DNA from: a virus
Taxonomy: Duplodnaviria > Heunggongvirae > Uroviricota > Caudoviricetes
IMG/VR virus record: IMGVR_UViG_2660238349_000007
Length of the DNA stretch: 41,649 nt
Reading direction: 5' to 3' (one strand)
This document shows, in pieces, positions 39,343 to 41,649 of the stretch (position 1 is the stretch's first letter; each line of letters starts with the position of its first letter). The notes under the pieces were generated by a model that saw nothing but the letters and a program-made list of their open reading frames with translations, was not told the origin of the DNA and did not search any database. Position numbers and translations under genes: made by a program.

Positions 39343-39855
39343 TATGCAGCCCTCACGATGTAATTAAATGAAAGGTTACGAGGGCGCATTGATATCCATG
39401 CCCCGGTAAAATTATCCTCCGCTGTCCTTTGAGTACCCGTTATGGAGTTATCTGCTGATGCAGGAACATAATCGCTATTATTTCCTGCTTTAGGATTAGC
39501 TGGGTTTCCAACAGTTATAACAGAATCAGCAGTAGCAAAAGCGATACCTACTTTGACATTAGTATTCAGATCGTAACCGTAATAATCCTGCAAAGCTGTA
39601 CGAATAAATGTTGCAGCCTGACCACTTAGCAATGAACGCCCCGTATCAATCCCTCTAGAATCATCCCAGCCACGAATAAACTCACCACGTAAATCAGGCA
39701 ATTTATTTGTCGGGTAAGCCTTTGCCAGTTCCGGGTATTCTTCAGCAGAAAAAGCTGCTCCGTTGCATTTCAGCCAGCCTGTTGGAGGTGTCTCTGAAGG
39801 CCACGGAACAGGTGCACCAACAGGTAATGCTGAACCTTCTCCCAAACCAACGTTT
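39342..39855 (-). CDS. Alternative tail fibre C-terminal segment (Sv'-like), promoterless in this orientation
   Basis: Minus-strand ORF whose 5' end is the right inversion site; reading frame across the site (NVGLGEG) matches the left site (NLGLGEA). Confidence 0.55.
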
Positions 39856-39917
39856 AAGAAAATGCAGAGATTACGGCTAACTGGCATCATCCCCGGTTTT
39901 TATTCAGGGGATCCATC

Positions 39918-40313
39918 ATGCTTATTGGCTATGTCCGCGTATCAACAAATGACCAGAATACAGAATTGCAGCGTAACGCGCTGGAGTGCGCAGGATGTGA
40001 ACTGATTTTTGAAGATAAAATCAGCGGAACAAAATCAGCCAGACCGGGATTGAAAAAACTGCTCAGAACGCTATCAGAAGGAGATACGCTGGTTGTCTGG
40101 AAGCTGGACAGACTGGGGCGCAGTGTGCGGCATCTTGTCGTGCTGGTGGAGGAGTTGCGCGAACAAGGTGTTAATTTTAGTAGTTATGTTATTACAGGTG
40201 GGGGATTTCTCCCCCTTATGCAGATTTTCTCGTTAACTATTGGCGAAGTGGCCATATTTTTCTGTTTTTTAAAAAACTATCTTCAACTATATAACTGCAA
40301 CAATGTTCACTAA
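39918..40313 (+). pseudogene. Truncated serine DNA invertase (Gin/Hin/Pin family)
   Basis: First ~87 aa match the invertase catalytic domain (MLIGYVRVSTNDQNTELQRNAL…LVVWKLDRLGRS…GVNF); downstream sequence diverges into AT-rich unrelated sequence with no HTH domain. Confidence 0.7.
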
Positions 40314-41082
40314 GGCCATAAAAACTAATTATTCCATATTTATGAGAAGCTATATCAGACAGTTCTGCTAATACTGTGGCAAGCCAACGAGCGATGCTAA
40401 GAGAATAGAATCTTCCCCACTTTTGAACAATGGTATTTTGTCCAGTACGGATGGAGGCTGATATAAGGTCTTGCATAATGTTGGTACTTTCATTCATATA
40501 CATGACCGTTGTATACGGTGAAAGAGTGGCATTGATAAACCTAGCATTTTCTTCAACACGTCTTTGTTCAACTGTATAATAATAATGTTTTTCAAGGATA
40601 CTCTCGGCTACTTCTCCCCACCATTTATTAATAGGTTCATTATTGGTTAAATTGGGGCTGCTTAATGAGGAGAAATTTGCGTAACGTCCCCGTCGGGCAT
40701 CAGCAAAGGAATCTAAACATTCAAGTATTTTGTAGGTAATTTTATGTGTAGGACGTGAATATCTCAGAGATAGTTGCATTTTTTTAGAAATACTATCAAC
40801 CTCGTTGGTTAATTCAATGAGCTTGTGTCCAAATTTTCTTACAATATTCTCGTCAGGCATTTTTCCTTTGTGTTCAATGGCATAGTGTGCAACAAGTATT
40901 AGTTTAGCAAGTCTCTCAAAACCTACAGAAAGCCCAAAAAATGCTGTGTAATATTCACCTATTTTGTCTGCATAATTGGCTTTACCTATGGCTGTTGCCC
41001 CAGAACCAATGAGCTGTGTTACTAAAGATGCTTCTCGGCCCAGAGCGTGCCATGCTGGAATATCCCAGGGATTTTTATTCAC
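40237..41082 (-). CDS. Hypothetical cargo protein, AT-rich (candidate accessory or defence gene)
   Basis: 281-aa ORF in AT-rich DNA replacing the 3' part of the invertase gene; no motif I can assign. Confidence 0.5.
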   Translation of the reverse strand: MNKNPWDIPAWHALGREASLVTQLIGSGATAIGKANYADKIGEYYTAFFGLSVGFERLAKLILVAHYAIEHKGKMPDENIVRKFGHKLIELTNEVDSISKKMQLSLRYSRPTHKITYKILECLDSFADARRGRYANFSSLSSPNLTNNEPINKWWGEVAESILEKHYYYTVEQRRVEENARFINATLSPYTTVMYMNESTNIMQDLISASIRTGQNTIVQKWGRFYSLSIARWLATVLAELSDIASHKYGIISFYGLSEHCCSYIVEDSFLKNRKIWPLRQ

Positions 41083-41210
41083 TTTATTATTTTCCTTTGC
41101 TCATAAATTTAAATTGTTTGAGTATCTCATAAAATATAAGGAGGTGGTTAAGGTTGTTGATCGCATATAATAGCTATTGAAAGTCAAGAACTCGGTTTTA
41201 TGTTCTACCA

Positions 41211-41249
41211 CTAATTAATATATTGTGAGTCTGACAATATATTAATTAG
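41211..41249. repeat. Perfect 16-bp inverted repeat with 7-bp spacer
   Basis: CTAATTAATATATTGT-gagtctg-ACAATATATTAATTAG in the intergenic region between the two cargo ORFs. Confidence 0.6.
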
Positions 41250-41382
41250 TATGATCAAACCAGCCATCAACTGATTCCTTGTATCTTTCAGAGTCTCCAG
41301 AACAAAAGCCTTAACGAATTCCTTATTTGTGAGTGCATTACAAAAAGCCATTGTTGCAGGGAACGAGTATAAAACTCGCCAG

Positions 41383-41649
41383 CTACTGGAGCAGGCTACC
41401 TGATTGTCGATCGATTCCTGCGTCCATATAGTCGATGGTCTTCTGGAGCTCTTCGATTAGGGCAACAGCTTTTGCTCGAGAAATACATATTAGTTGATCC
41501 GGAAATTCTTGTAAGGGCCAGTTTGGTATACAGGCCATGTTATCAGTGAAGGATGCAGACAAGTAAACTTCATTGGTAACCAGAGAATAGCTTACCTCAA
41601 AATTGGTGAGTTCCGGCAAACTGCTAACGTTTGACTCTTTTCTGCGCAT
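41383..41649 (-). CDS. Hypothetical protein, possibly truncated by the window edge
   Basis: 88-aa ORF whose ATG coincides with the last 3 bases of the window; AT-rich. Confidence 0.3.
   Translation of the reverse strand: MRRKESNVSSLPELTNFEVSYSLVTNEVYLSASFTDNMACIPNWPLQEFPDQLICISRAKAVALIEELQKTIDYMDAGIDRQSGSLLQ

Larger units (their letters stand above)
37986..39855. mobile_element. Invertible tail-fibre segment (Mu G / P1 C-segment-like) bounded by ~20-bp inverted repeats
   Basis: Left AAACCTTGGTTTGGGAGAAG (37986-38005) and reverse complement of right AAACGTTGGTTTGGGAGAAG (39836-39855); hix/gix-like core with central TT; two oppositely oriented Sv-Tfa sets. Confidence 0.6.

Overview
The window holds 261 bp of enterobacterial chromosome (ferredoxin gene yfhL, minus strand) followed by an almost complete ~40 kb temperate prophage with a contractile tail. 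All calls are from reading the sequence and ORF track by eye; no searches were run and family names are from memory. Left to right: tyrosine integrase and excisionase; a leftward early operon with a self-contained replication/recombination module (SNF2 helicase, VRR-NUC, family-A DNA polymerase, DUF2800-like nuclease, SSB-like protein); a CI-like repressor and Cro-like regulator around a divergent operator region; a primase-helicase followed by an iteron array; a Q-like antiterminator; a lysis cassette (holin, lambda-R-type endolysin, Rz with embedded Rz1); terminase, portal and head genes; sheath, tube, chaperone with a -1 frameshift site, tape measure and baseplate genes; and a Mu-G-segment-like invertible tail-fibre cassette whose invertase is truncated. 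No single novel system can be named with confidence. The strongest candidates for undescribed accessory or defence functions are four AT-rich moron loci: 3482-4084, 7115-7804, 33373-34655, and the right-end cargo region 40180-41649.
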